Shown piece by piece: positions 35,980 through 44,681 of a stretch of DNA of 64,000 nt; the first letter of the stretch is position 1; every line of letters begins with the position of its first letter. The DNA is from Candidatus Dormiibacterota bacterium (GTDB lineage: Bacteria > Chloroflexota > Dormibacteria > Aeolococcales > Aeolococcaceae): positions 1,608,025-1,672,024 of the forward strand of contig OY970355.1 in NCBI GenBank assembly GCA_963718525.1, read 5' to 3'. The notes beneath the pieces are model-generated. The model was not told the DNA's origin. It made no database searches and was given only the letters and a program-made list of their open reading frames with translations. A program made the translations under genes and the position numbers.

Positions 35980-36881
35980 CGACGCTGTCGCGGGTCGAAG
36001 GCGTCTCGCAGGCCGTCGCCGAGGAAGTTGAACGCAAGCAGAGTGATCGAAAGCGCAATCGCCGGCCAGAGCATCATGTATGGCTCCAAGGGGAGTGCAG
36101 CATACCCCTCAGAGGCGATCGATCCCCAGGAGGCAAGCGGGCTCGGGATACCCAGGCCGAGATAGCTGAGGAAGGCCTCGGTCAGGATCGCGATCGGGAT
36201 GACGAAGGTCGCCTGCACGATGATCGGCCCGAGGGCGTTCGGGAGGATGTGCCCGAACAGGATCTTGCCCGATCTGGCGCCGCTCGCCCGTGCCGCCTCG
36301 ATGTATTCCCGTTCGCGGATGCTGAACGCCTGCCCGCGCACCAACCGGGCCATGTCCATCCAGGCGGTGGCGGAGATGGCGATCATGATGTTGAGCAGGC
36401 CGCGTCCAAGGACGAGGTACAGGATGATGGCGACGAGAATGCCGGGGATCCCGTAGAAGATGTTGATGAAGACGCTGATCACGTTGTCGATCCATCCCCG
36501 AAAATAGCCGGCAACGAGGCCGACGACGACCCCGACCGTGAGCACGATCAACGACGTCCCGACGCCGACGATCAGGGAGATCTGTGCTCCCTGCATCATG
36601 CAACTCAATAGGTCGCGTCCCAGGTCATCGGTGCCGAGCAGGTGCGCCGCCGAAGGGGCCTGGAAAGTGAGCGTATCGGGAAGGATGGTCGCAGGGTTGT
36701 ACGGCGTCCAGAAGATCGCGACCACTGCGAATAGCAAGAGGGCCGTCAGATAGACGAGGGCCACGAGGGCGAGCCGGTTGCGGCGGAGGCGCCGGAAGCC
36801 GTCGCGCCAGAGACCCACCTGTTCCCGGGCGATGGTGCCGCCAGCATATTCCTGGAGGATCGGAGCCTCGATCGTGGCCAT
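35976..36881 (-). CDS. peptide ABC transporter permease (OppC/DppC type)
   Basis: 301 aa. EAA-loop context EREYIEAARASGARSGKILFGHILPN. ATGA overlap with the ATPase gene. Confidence 0.9.
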   Translation of the reverse strand: MATIEAPILQEYAGGTIAREQVGLWRDGFRRLRRNRLALVALVYLTALLLFAVVAIFWTPYNPATILPDTLTFQAPSAAHLLGTDDLGRDLLSCMMQGAQISLIVGVGTSLIVLTVGVVVGLVAGYFRGWIDNVISVFINIFYGIPGILVAIILYLVLGRGLLNIMIAISATAWMDMARLVRGQAFSIREREYIEAARASGARSGKILFGHILPNALGPIIVQATFVIPIAILTEAFLSYLGLGIPSPLASWGSIASEGYAALPLEPYMMLWPAIALSITLLAFNFLGDGLRDAFDPRQRR

Positions 36882-37838
36882 CAGTATCGAATCCTTGGAT
36901 CAACGACTGTATAGAGCAGATCGACAACGAGGTTGGCGATGCCGATCAGGAGCGCATAGACCGTGAACACCGCCACCGTGATGTTGTAGTCGGCCTGAAG
37001 GATGCTCTCCACGAACTCCTTGCCCAGCCCGGGAATGCCGAAGATGTTCTCGATGATGACGCTGCCGGTGATGATGCTGATGACCAGCGGTCCGAGGATG
37101 CTGATCACCGGGATCAGCGCGTTGCGCAACGCATGCCGGACGGTGACGACGCGGCTCTTCAGACCCTTCGCCCTCGCAGTGCGGATGTAGTCCTGCTGGA
37201 GCACCTCGAGCATGGCCGCCCGGGTGATCCTCGTGACCTGGCCCGAGGTGTAGAAGCCAAGGATGATCGCGGGCAACGACAGCTCGAGGATCGTCCCATA
37301 CGTTCCTGACCATTCGGCGGGGTACGAGATCACACCGTTCGTGACCGTCGGCAGCCAGTAGCTGAAGATGAGAACACCCAGCCCGGCAAGTACGAAGCTC
37401 GGCACACTGTAGCCCACGACCGCAATCGAGGTGAGCGTGTAGTCAACCCAGCTGTTCTGGCGGATTGCGGCGAGAACCCCAAAGGTCGTTCCCAGGCCGA
37501 TCGTGATCAGAAGCGCCGTCCCGCCGAGCTCGGCGCTGACACTGAGCTCGCGCATGACGACGGGCGTGATGGGCAATCCGCGAATCTGAAATGAGAACTC
37601 CGAGATTGCCGTGGATGGCGTTGGTGAAGAAGCTCCAGTACTGCACCAGGATCGGTCTGTCAAGACCGTACTCATGCAGCACCAGTTGCAGCGCCTTGCC
37701 GTGGACCTTCTCACTCTCGAACGCGCTGCCGGGAAGGCTGTGGACGGTGATGAAGACCAGAAACGACACGACGATCAGCGTGAACAGGATCAACGCCAAT
37801 CGCTGCGCGATGTAGATCAGAGTTCCCCGGGTCAGCAT
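36881..37838 (-). pseudogene. peptide ABC transporter permease (OppB/DppB type) interrupted by a +1 frameshift
   Basis: The N-terminal 80 aa (ORF 37443-37838: ...QYWSFFTNAIHGNLG) and the rest (ORF 36881-37714: ...FSFQIRGLPITPVVMRELSVSAELGG...) are contiguous family sequence in two frames. The switch is near 37598. The span is 958 nt (3n+1). Confidence 0.75.
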
Positions 37839-37867
37839 CTGCTGCTCCTCCGTCCGAGGGAAAGGCG

Positions 37868-37898
37868 TAAGGCGCCCGGCTCGGTGCCGGGCGCCTTA
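37868..37898 (-). terminator. intra-operon stem-loop after the binding-protein gene (attenuator/mRNA stabiliser)
   Basis: Perfect 13-bp stem TAAGGCGCCCGGC / GCCGGGCGCCTTA with a 5-nt loop. It sits between the SBP stop (37923) and the permease start (37838). There is no clear U-tract. Confidence 0.55.
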
Positions 37899-37922
37899 TA
37901 TTCAGGTTGTGTCGGGAACCTC

Positions 37923-39713
37923 TCAGTGAGAGAGGATCTTGATCCCGTCCCAGTAGTGGTCGAATGCGGCGTTCGAACCGGCTCCGCTGACATACGGCTG
38001 AATCAGGAAGTTGCTTACCGAGTAGTACAGCGGGATGTAGACGACGTTGCTCTGAAGGATTTGCCCGAGCTGCATGTACAGCGGCAGCGCGGTGGTGACC
38101 GACTCGGCGTCCGCCGTCTTCAGGGTGCTGTCGTATGTGGCGTTGTCCCATCCGGTGGCGTTGAGACCATCTGCTGTCGAAATGGATCCCCAGAGGTTGT
38201 CGTACCAGTCCTGCGGATGGTTGTAGTCGAATTGCCACCCTTCGCGTGACATCATGTACTTGCCGGCCAAGTAGCTGCTGATGAAGATCGACGCGTCCGA
38301 GACAGAGTTCAGCGTGACGTTGACGCCCAGGTTGGTCTTCCACTCGTTCTGCAGATATTCGGCTGCGCTCTCGTTGAGGCTACCGGCGTTGTACGAGTAG
38401 ATGATGTGCGCCGTGAGCGATCCGGTGGGATCGTACTGCTTCAGCAGTGACTTCGCCTGGACCGGGTCGAATTTCGCCAGCGGGTCGCTGTTCGCCCCGC
38501 CGTTGCCGATCAGGCCGGCGGTGATCAGGCCGCCGGTTGCCGCCGAGCAGATCAGGTTGTGGCACACGGTGGTTGCCAACCCCTGCTTATCGACCGCGAG
38601 GTCGAAGGCCATGCGCAGACCTGTTGCCGCAGCCCCCGTGCCGAGGAACGGCCCACCCGTCGCCGGATAGCCGATGTTGAAACCCACCCATGTGGTGCGC
38701 CCCTTGGCCTTGGTGAGCAGGTCCGGCGCTTCCCTCGAGTTCGCTTTGACCGCAAGGATATTGGCGAGCGGTATGAGTGCGCTGTCGCCGCCGTATCCGA
38801 TGATGTCGTAGCCCTTCTGGAAGAAAGCGTCCACGGTCGTCGGAGCCGTCGACGGATCCTTGATATCGATATTGATCGTCTGCAGCGTCGGCTTCGGAGA
38901 ACCCCACCAGTTCGGCACCACGGAGAACGTCATCGATTGCTTGGGGACGTAGGAGGAGAGCTTGTAGGCACCGGTGCCGACGAGATTCGCGGGCGTCTGC
39001 CACCAGTTCACGGGGTCGACGCCAGGCGCCTCGATGGCCTTCTGATCAACGATAGCGCCGGACGTGCTCTCGAGTGTCCACGCGGTGAGGCACCAGCCGC
39101 ACGCTCCGCTGAGCTTGATCTGCACGGTCTCAGGGTCGATGGCGGTCAAGCCGCTCATCATGAAAGCGGGGTTACCCGCCTTGAGTTGCGTCTCAATGTT
39201 GCCCTGGAACGTCGTCGGCGTACCCGATGTTGGTGCGGCGCCTGCGGCCTTCTGCACCGCCGAGTAGCCCTGAACCTTGGCCAGGTTTGATGCGTATCCG
39301 CCTTGAAGCGCTGCGGCACGGTTCCAGGAGTACAGCACGTCCTTGGACGTGACCGCATCTCCGTTTGAGAACTTCGCCGCCGGGTTCAGATGGACGGTAT
39401 ATGTCAGACCATCGGCTGAGATCCCGCCGTTGGCCTGCGTCGGCACCGCAGTCGAGATGTCGGGAACGATGTTCAGGTTGTTGTCGAAACGCCAGAGATT
39501 ATCGAACACGTTTTGCATGAGCTCGGAGTCGACCTCGGCAGTGATCTCACCGGGATCGAATGTTCCAGGGTCCTGGAACACGGGGAAATGCAAGACCTGT
39601 GCACTCGCTAGAGTGCTCGTGGAGGGAGTGCTCGTGCTCCCGCACGCGGCGGCGGTGAGCAGGCCCAGCACGCCCAACCCAATGCCACCGATGGTGAATT
39701 TGTTGACTCGCAA
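37923..39713 (-). CDS. ABC transporter substrate-binding lipoprotein, family 5 (peptide/nickel)
   Basis: 596 aa, TTG start with a GGGAGGA SD. Lipobox LLTAAAC-GS. SBP_bac_5-like length and composition. Confidence 0.9.
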   Translation of the reverse strand: MRVNKFTIGGIGLGVLGLLTAAACGSTSTPSTSTLASAQVLHFPVFQDPGTFDPGEITAEVDSELMQNVFDNLWRFDNNLNIVPDISTAVPTQANGGISADGLTYTVHLNPAAKFSNGDAVTSKDVLYSWNRAAALQGGYASNLAKVQGYSAVQKAAGAAPTSGTPTTFQGNIETQLKAGNPAFMMSGLTAIDPETVQIKLSGACGWCLTAWTLESTSGAIVDQKAIEAPGVDPVNWWQTPANLVGTGAYKLSSYVPKQSMTFSVVPNWWGSPKPTLQTINIDIKDPSTAPTTVDAFFQKGYDIIGYGGDSALIPLANILAVKANSREAPDLLTKAKGRTTWVGFNIGYPATGGPFLGTGAAATGLRMAFDLAVDKQGLATTVCHNLICSAATGGLITAGLIGNGGANSDPLAKFDPVQAKSLLKQYDPTGSLTAHIIYSYNAGSLNESAAEYLQNEWKTNLGVNVTLNSVSDASIFISSYLAGKYMMSREGWQFDYNHPQDWYDNLWGSISTADGLNATGWDNATYDSTLKTADAESVTTALPLYMQLGQILQSNVVYIPLYYSVSNFLIQPYVSGAGSNAAFDHYWDGIKILSH

Positions 39714-39946
39714 GACGCGATCCTCCCGTTATGGCTGACGCCGCCCTGGTTCAGGTTTAGCCTTTTCTTCTGAACCAGCCCCACATCGCGTGAGGCGACC
39801 GGATCATAACAACTCGCAGGAGCCGATGCCGCCGAAGCGACCGTTTTTCATCCCGTTGGGGGACGCCTTTCAGCGAAACTCGTCCCGCTGGGGGATGCCG
39901 CGCCGGCTCGCGATCGCCGCGGGCGGTTCGCCCGGGACGCTCCCGG

Positions 39947-40019
39947 TGGAGCCAGGGGGGCTCGAACCCCCGACCTCTTGCATGCCATGCAAGCGCTCTT
40001 CCAGCTGAGCTATGGCCCC
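39947..40019 (-). tRNA. tRNA-Ala (anticodon GGC)
   Basis: The reverse complement is GGGGCCATAGCTCAGCTGGAAGAGCGCTTGCATGGCATGCAAGAGGTCGGGGGTTCGAGCCCCCCTGGCTCCA. G3:U70 pair present. Anticodon loop ATGGCAT. The downstream sequence is CCG, so CCA is not fully encoded. Confidence 0.93.
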
Positions 40020-40191
40020 GCGCCATGGTACCGGGCACACGCTGCTCGCTGCGAGTGACACGACTGTGGGATTGCAGTCCGTGAATGGGTCGATTGCGGC
40101 TGCGAGCTTGAGTATCGGACAATGACTGCGCCAGGATGGCGCTGCGATTTTGGTCGCAGTGACTGCCGCAGCCTTATCTCCAGGAGACCTC

Positions 40192-40695
40192 ATGCCCGAC
40201 GCAGCGGCCGCACTCGACAGAGACCCGGCGTCGGGCCCCAATTCGCCAATCGTCCAGGCGGCCCAGCGGCTCGTGACCAGGATCGAGGCGCTCGTGACCC
40301 AGGTCGCGGAACTGAAGGCGGACAACGCCGCGCTCCGGCGCGAGGTGCGCGAGGCGCTTGTCCTGATCGATCGAGCCGGCGACGCCGCCGCCCCGCCGAG
40401 AGTGCCGCGGCGAGCGGCTGCTCCCGCTGCAAGGCACGCCAAGGGGCGGCGCCGGGGACGGGGGCCGAAGGGCCGGGCCACGCCCGCTTCGGTGACTCCC
40501 GACATCGTGCTGGCCACCATCGGCAAGCTCGGGTCGGCGTCGGCTTCGGAGATCGCCAAGGAGTTGAGCGGTCTCGGTGACCAGGTGTCCGGCCGCGCAG
40601 TCCGCTGGCTTGCGGAGCGGGCGGGTGCGGCGACGGTTGTCGGCGACGACGGACAGCTGAGGTACCGGCTGCCGAACACGCCGCGTCCTCGCTGA
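40192..40695 (+). CDS. hypothetical protein (coiled-coil, Arg/Lys-rich linker, C-terminal winged-helix-like domain)
   Basis: 167 aa from ATG 40192 with an AGGAGA SD 5 nt upstream. High GC3. No family recognised. Confidence 0.7.
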   Translation: MPDAAAALDRDPASGPNSPIVQAAQRLVTRIEALVTQVAELKADNAALRREVREALVLIDRAGDAAAPPRVPRRAAAPAARHAKGRRRGRGPKGRATPASVTPDIVLATIGKLGSASASEIAKELSGLGDQVSGRAVRWLAERAGAATVVGDDGQLRYRLPNTPRPR

Positions 40696-40741
40696 CGCCT
40701 CGCCGACATAGGCGCGATCCGCGAAATGACTTCGAAGTGGC

Positions 40742-40770
40742 TTGCTTTAGTGACCTGCTGGAGCTACACT
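40742..40770 (+). promoter_or_regulatory. sigma-70-like promoter driving a probably leaderless comEA mRNA
   Basis: TTGCTT (40742-40747), a 17-nt spacer, then TACACT (40765-40770). ATG at 40778 is only 7 nt downstream, with no SD. Confidence 0.5.
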
Positions 40771-40777
40771 TCCGTGA

Positions 40778-41353
40778 ATGTTTGCAAGAGATAACATACA
40801 GTTCGGAATTACTCCTCGAAGGCTTCTGGTTGCGGTGGCGGGCACGCTCGTCCTCGCCGGGGTGGCTGGTTGGTCGGTCCTCCACCAGGCATCAGCTGCG
40901 GCGCCCGTGCCGGTGGGTGAAACCGTCGACCCACCCGCGCCACCTACGGTCCTTATCTTTGTCAGTGGCGCGGTCGCGCACCCCGGTCTGTATGAGCTGA
41001 GCCCCGGGGCGCGGGTCGCGGATGCAATCGCAGCGGCCGGCGGGATCACGTCACTGGCCGATCCGAGCCATCTTCCGAACATGGCGCAGCGGGTGAATGA
41101 CGGTCGCCAGGTCAACGTCCCCTATATGAAGAGTGGGACCACCTCCGCCAAGCTCGACATCAACACCGCCGCGGAAACGGACCTTGATGCGGTGTCCGGC
41201 ATGCCTCCCGGTCTCGGTGGCGAGATCGTCCAGTACCGCAACGAGTGGGGGCCGTTCACCTCGATGAGCCAGCTCCACGCTGACCTGGGCGTTGATTCGG
41301 CGACGGTCACCGGCCTGGAGCACTACCTGAGGGTTGTGCTTCCCCAGCAATGA
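40778..41353 (+). CDS. comEA: competence protein ComEA (SLBB + helix-hairpin-helix)
   Basis: 191 aa. N-terminal TM helix. SLBB block VSGAVAHPGLYELSPGARVADAIAAAGG. HhH block DINTAAETDLDAVSGMPPGLGGEIVQYRNEWGPFTS. Confidence 0.9.
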   Translation: MFARDNIQFGITPRRLLVAVAGTLVLAGVAGWSVLHQASAAAPVPVGETVDPPAPPTVLIFVSGAVAHPGLYELSPGARVADAIAAAGGITSLADPSHLPNMAQRVNDGRQVNVPYMKSGTTSAKLDINTAAETDLDAVSGMPPGLGGEIVQYRNEWGPFTSMSQLHADLGVDSATVTGLEHYLRVVLPQQ

Positions 41354-42846
41354 GCCGTCTCGCCGGCTCTCGGGCCGGGCGCTGGGCGTCCTGCACGTGG
41401 GGCGGCTTTGCCGGGGGCTGCGGCGTCGGATTTGCCGCATCGCTGTCCGGCGCAGCGTTCCTCCCACTGATCTGCGCGCTTGCCGGCTCGTCTCTGCTCT
41501 GCGCGACACTGGCACCCCGTCGATTGCTTCCTGCTGCTCTGGTCGGCGCCGCCGTCGTGCTGGGGGTGCTCCGGGGAACGGCGGCGGTCGCACCGCCCGG
41601 CCCCGGGACCGTCGATGGCCACCTCGGTTCGCGCCCGATCGTGATCATCGGCACGGTACGGAGCGCCGATCCGGGCGCCGGATCCACCGCGATCATCGAT
41701 GCGAGTCACCTGTCGGATGCGGACACCGACGGGCACGTCTCCGGCGGGGTGCTCGTCAGCGGCCCGCTCATCCCGGCGCTGTCCCCCGGCGACCAGGTCG
41801 AGGTCGACGCCTCAGGTCTGCGTCCGTTGAATCGGCGCCCCGGTCCCGATTCGGCCGCAACCCTCGAACGCGAGGACGTCAGAGCGATAGCGACGTCTCC
41901 GCAGGTCTTCGTTCTCGCTGCCGGCAGGCCATCGCTTGCCCGCGTCATCGCGTGGGCTCAGGGACGACTGCGGAGCGCCGTTGACAGCGCGCTCTCGGAA
42001 CCGGCCGCCGCTCTTGCCCTGGGCATTGCCTTCGGGATCCATGAGCCGCTGACCGCAGGGGTCCGGTCACCGCTCCAGGACGCCGAACTCATTCACGTGG
42101 TGGTCGTGAGCGGTTTGAAGGTCGTGCTGATCGTCGGCCTCGTCTGCGCGGTTGCCCGAGTGTTCGAGTGGTCGCACCGGCGAACCCTGTTGGTGGCCCT
42201 GCCCGCGGTTGCGTCCTATGTGCTCATCAGCGGGGCGGGGCCTGCGGCCATCCGAAGTGCGTTCATGGCCGGTGCAGCGATGCTCGCCGCCACCGGCGCT
42301 CGGCGCACCGATCCGATCCCAATGCTCGCGCTGGCCGCGGCGATCCTGCTCGCACTCAGCCCCCAGCTCATCGAGGACCCTGGTTTCCAGCTCTCGTTCC
42401 TCGGTACGGCAGGAATCCTCCTGCTCGCGGCGCCGATCGCCGCGTGGCTTCCGGGACCCCGGCTCATCGCCGAACCCTTTGCCGTCACCATCGCTGCGCA
42501 GGTGGCGACGGTGCCGATCATGGCGGGGACATTCGGCGTGATCTCACTCGGTGGCCCGATTGCCAACGCGCTCGTGCTCCCGATCCTCCCGGTCATGATC
42601 GTCACCGGTGGCGCGGGCGCGATCCTGAGCACCCTGAACCCGGCCTTCGGCTGGGTGCTTCTCCAGCTCACGGGTCTCGGGACATCGGCGGTCACGACTG
42701 TGGCGCAGGTCACGGCCGCGATTCCCGGCGCGACGGTTCAGGTGGGGAACTGGCCGGTCGCGTGGACCATCACCGAGGCGGCGGGGATCGTCACGGGGTT
42801 GGTGACTTTAGCTGTGGTGACTCATCGAACGACACCACTGCGGTGA
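41350..42846 (+). CDS. comEC: ComEC/Rec2 membrane channel (DUF4131 + competence domains; truncated before the MBL domain)
   Basis: 498 aa with an ATGA overlap to comEA. Polytopic. Competence-domain blocks ALALGIAFGIHEPL...LIHVVVVSGLKV...GAGPAAIRSAFMAG. Confidence 0.88.
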   Translation: MSRLAGSRAGRWASCTWGGFAGGCGVGFAASLSGAAFLPLICALAGSSLLCATLAPRRLLPAALVGAAVVLGVLRGTAAVAPPGPGTVDGHLGSRPIVIIGTVRSADPGAGSTAIIDASHLSDADTDGHVSGGVLVSGPLIPALSPGDQVEVDASGLRPLNRRPGPDSAATLEREDVRAIATSPQVFVLAAGRPSLARVIAWAQGRLRSAVDSALSEPAAALALGIAFGIHEPLTAGVRSPLQDAELIHVVVVSGLKVVLIVGLVCAVARVFEWSHRRTLLVALPAVASYVLISGAGPAAIRSAFMAGAAMLAATGARRTDPIPMLALAAAILLALSPQLIEDPGFQLSFLGTAGILLLAAPIAAWLPGPRLIAEPFAVTIAAQVATVPIMAGTFGVISLGGPIANALVLPILPVMIVTGGAGAILSTLNPAFGWVLLQLTGLGTSAVTTVAQVTAAIPGATVQVGNWPVAWTITEAAGIVTGLVTLAVVTHRTTPLR

Positions 42847-43632
42847 ACATTCGAGCGCTGTTTGCCGCAGGGCTTGCCGCTCTGCTCGCTGCCGGCGTCG
42901 CCTGGGCAATCGGATCGCGCCCCGATGGCCGGCTCCGGGTGACCGTATTGAACATCGGATCGTCACCCGCGGTGCTGGTACGCACTGGGGATGGGCACAC
43001 GGTCCTCGTGGACGGCGGCTCATCGCCGGCCGAACTTGACGCGGCGCTGGGACGAGTTCCTCCCACCAGCCACCGCCCACCTGGACATGGTCGTGGTCAC
43101 GGGGGGTGAGCGCGCGGCGGTCAACGGGCTCGGTGGTCTCCCGGGCCACTACAGCGTCGGGACGGTGGTGACGTCCGGCGGACTCAACCCCGGCGGCAAC
43201 ACCATTGTCGCCGCACTCGAGAGTGGGGGTGCCAACGTCCTCGAGGCCGCCGGCGGCGCCTGGTCGTTCGGTGGAGCGACGTGGCGCTGTCTCGGCTTCA
43301 TCGCCCTCGCCACCGGACGCACCATGTGCGCGCTGACCGTCGACGATCCGAGCGGCCGTGTGCTCCTGCTCGGTGATACCGGAACCGCGGATCAGGAGAA
43401 CCTGTGCGCCGTCTACGGCAGCGCCCTTGACGCGGACCTCATTGTCACACCGCCCGGTGGAGCCATCTCTCCTGTGCTGCTCGCCACCGCTCATCCGCTC
43501 CAAATCGCCGTCCCGATCGCACAAGGCGTAGCGGCGGTTCCAGCACCGCAGGGTTATCTCACCGATCGCACCAGTGCTGACGGCGATCTCGTGTACACGG
43601 GTGGCAGCGCCGGTCTGCGGGAGGGCACGTGA
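42843..43632 (+). pseudogene. comEC: ComEC C-terminal TM helix plus metallo-beta-lactamase-like domain, split over two frames
   Basis: Frame 0 (GTG 42843) reads VNIRALFAAGLAALLAAGVAWAIG...LRVTVLNIGSSPAVLVRTGDGHTVLVDGGSSPAELDAALGRV. The domain continues in frame +1 from about 43060 (LPPATAHLDMVVVTGGERAAVNGLGGL...) to the stop at 43632. The span 41350-43632 is 2283 nt (3n). Confidence 0.65.
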
Positions 43633-43654
43633 CGACGCTTGCCATACTGCACCG

Positions 43655-44665
43655 GTGGCTTCGATTCAGCCCTTGAACCAGCTGACTCTCATCCATGGTG
43701 AGGATCGCTTCCTAGTCGATCGATCGGTCAAGCAGTGGCGCGACCGCGCGCGACCGCCCGAGGTCGATGTCGAGGTGTTCGAGGCCCCCGGCAGGCTCAA
43801 CGAGTTCCGCAACGCCGTCGCTGAGATGCCATTGTTCGACCCCGAGCGCGCGCTGCTGCTTCGCGACCCGCCGCAGCTGACCGGTTCCGCGAAACGGGGC
43901 GGCGCCGACCCGCCGGAACGGCTGGTCGCGATTCTCAGCGAGCTGGCACCCACCACAATCCTCTGTCTGGTCGCGCACGCGAAGGTGCCCGACCGCAACC
44001 CTGTCCTCAACGCGGTGAAGTCGAAGGGCGGGTCGATCATCTTCCACCCCGCAGTCAAGGGTCGTGAGCTTCGATCGTGGATCGAGCGCGAGATCGGCGC
44101 CCGGGGATTGCGGCTCGGCGCCGGTTCGGTCGATCACCTGATTCGGGTGGCCGGGCCCGATCTCGGCAGTATCGCCTCGGAGCTCGACAAGCTGGTCGCC
44201 TTCGCATCCGGCCGGCCGCTCTCGATCGGCGAGGTTCGGATGGCCGTCGCCGGCGACGAGTTCACCGGCCTCTACGACACGCTCGGTGAGCTGCTCGGCC
44301 CGAACCCCGCCAAGGGGGCCGAGTCAGTCGACCGGCTCCTCTCCGAGGGGCGGGCGGGCCAGTACCTGCTGGCGATCCTCGCCGGTCAGATCCGCGACCT
44401 GGTGATGACCCAGGGGTATGTCAAAACTCACGGCTCGTCGTCCGGGCTCGCAGCCGCGCTTGGAAAACCCGACTGGCAGGTCGATCGCCTGGCACGCCAG
44501 GCGAGGAGCGTGTCCCCCGCGGTCGTGGCCGGCTGGCTCGCAGCGCTGCATGATGTCGACCGGAAGCTCAAGACGGGCGAGATCGCAGAGACGGACGGGC
44601 TCCGGCTCGCTGTGCTGAGAGCCGCCGCGGAAGTGACCGCCGAGCGCGGTCAGCGTCACCCCTAG
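43655..44665 (+). CDS. holA: DNA polymerase III subunit delta
   Basis: About 336 aa from GTG 43655 (start uncertain). LTLIHGEDRFLVDRSV...MPLFDPERALLLRDP. It follows comEC as in the conserved comEC-holA synteny. Confidence 0.82.
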   Translation: MASIQPLNQLTLIHGEDRFLVDRSVKQWRDRARPPEVDVEVFEAPGRLNEFRNAVAEMPLFDPERALLLRDPPQLTGSAKRGGADPPERLVAILSELAPTTILCLVAHAKVPDRNPVLNAVKSKGGSIIFHPAVKGRELRSWIEREIGARGLRLGAGSVDHLIRVAGPDLGSIASELDKLVAFASGRPLSIGEVRMAVAGDEFTGLYDTLGELLGPNPAKGAESVDRLLSEGRAGQYLLAILAGQIRDLVMTQGYVKTHGSSSGLAAALGKPDWQVDRLARQARSVSPAVVAGWLAALHDVDRKLKTGEIAETDGLRLAVLRAAAEVTAERGQRHP

Positions 44666-44681
44666 GTCGGGGGCTCGCTCG

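Noticed and set aside
39745-39777. Hairpin CTGGTTCAG-15 nt-CTGAACCAG between tRNA-Ala(GGC) and the ABC operon
   Set aside because: It is probably just the tRNA terminator or a processing hairpin. The stem is short (9 bp) with a large loop and no further features.
39757-40122. ORFs on both strands (72-279 aa) across the tRNA-Ala(GGC) locus
   Set aside because: They overlap a perfect tRNA cloverleaf and have no coding signal.
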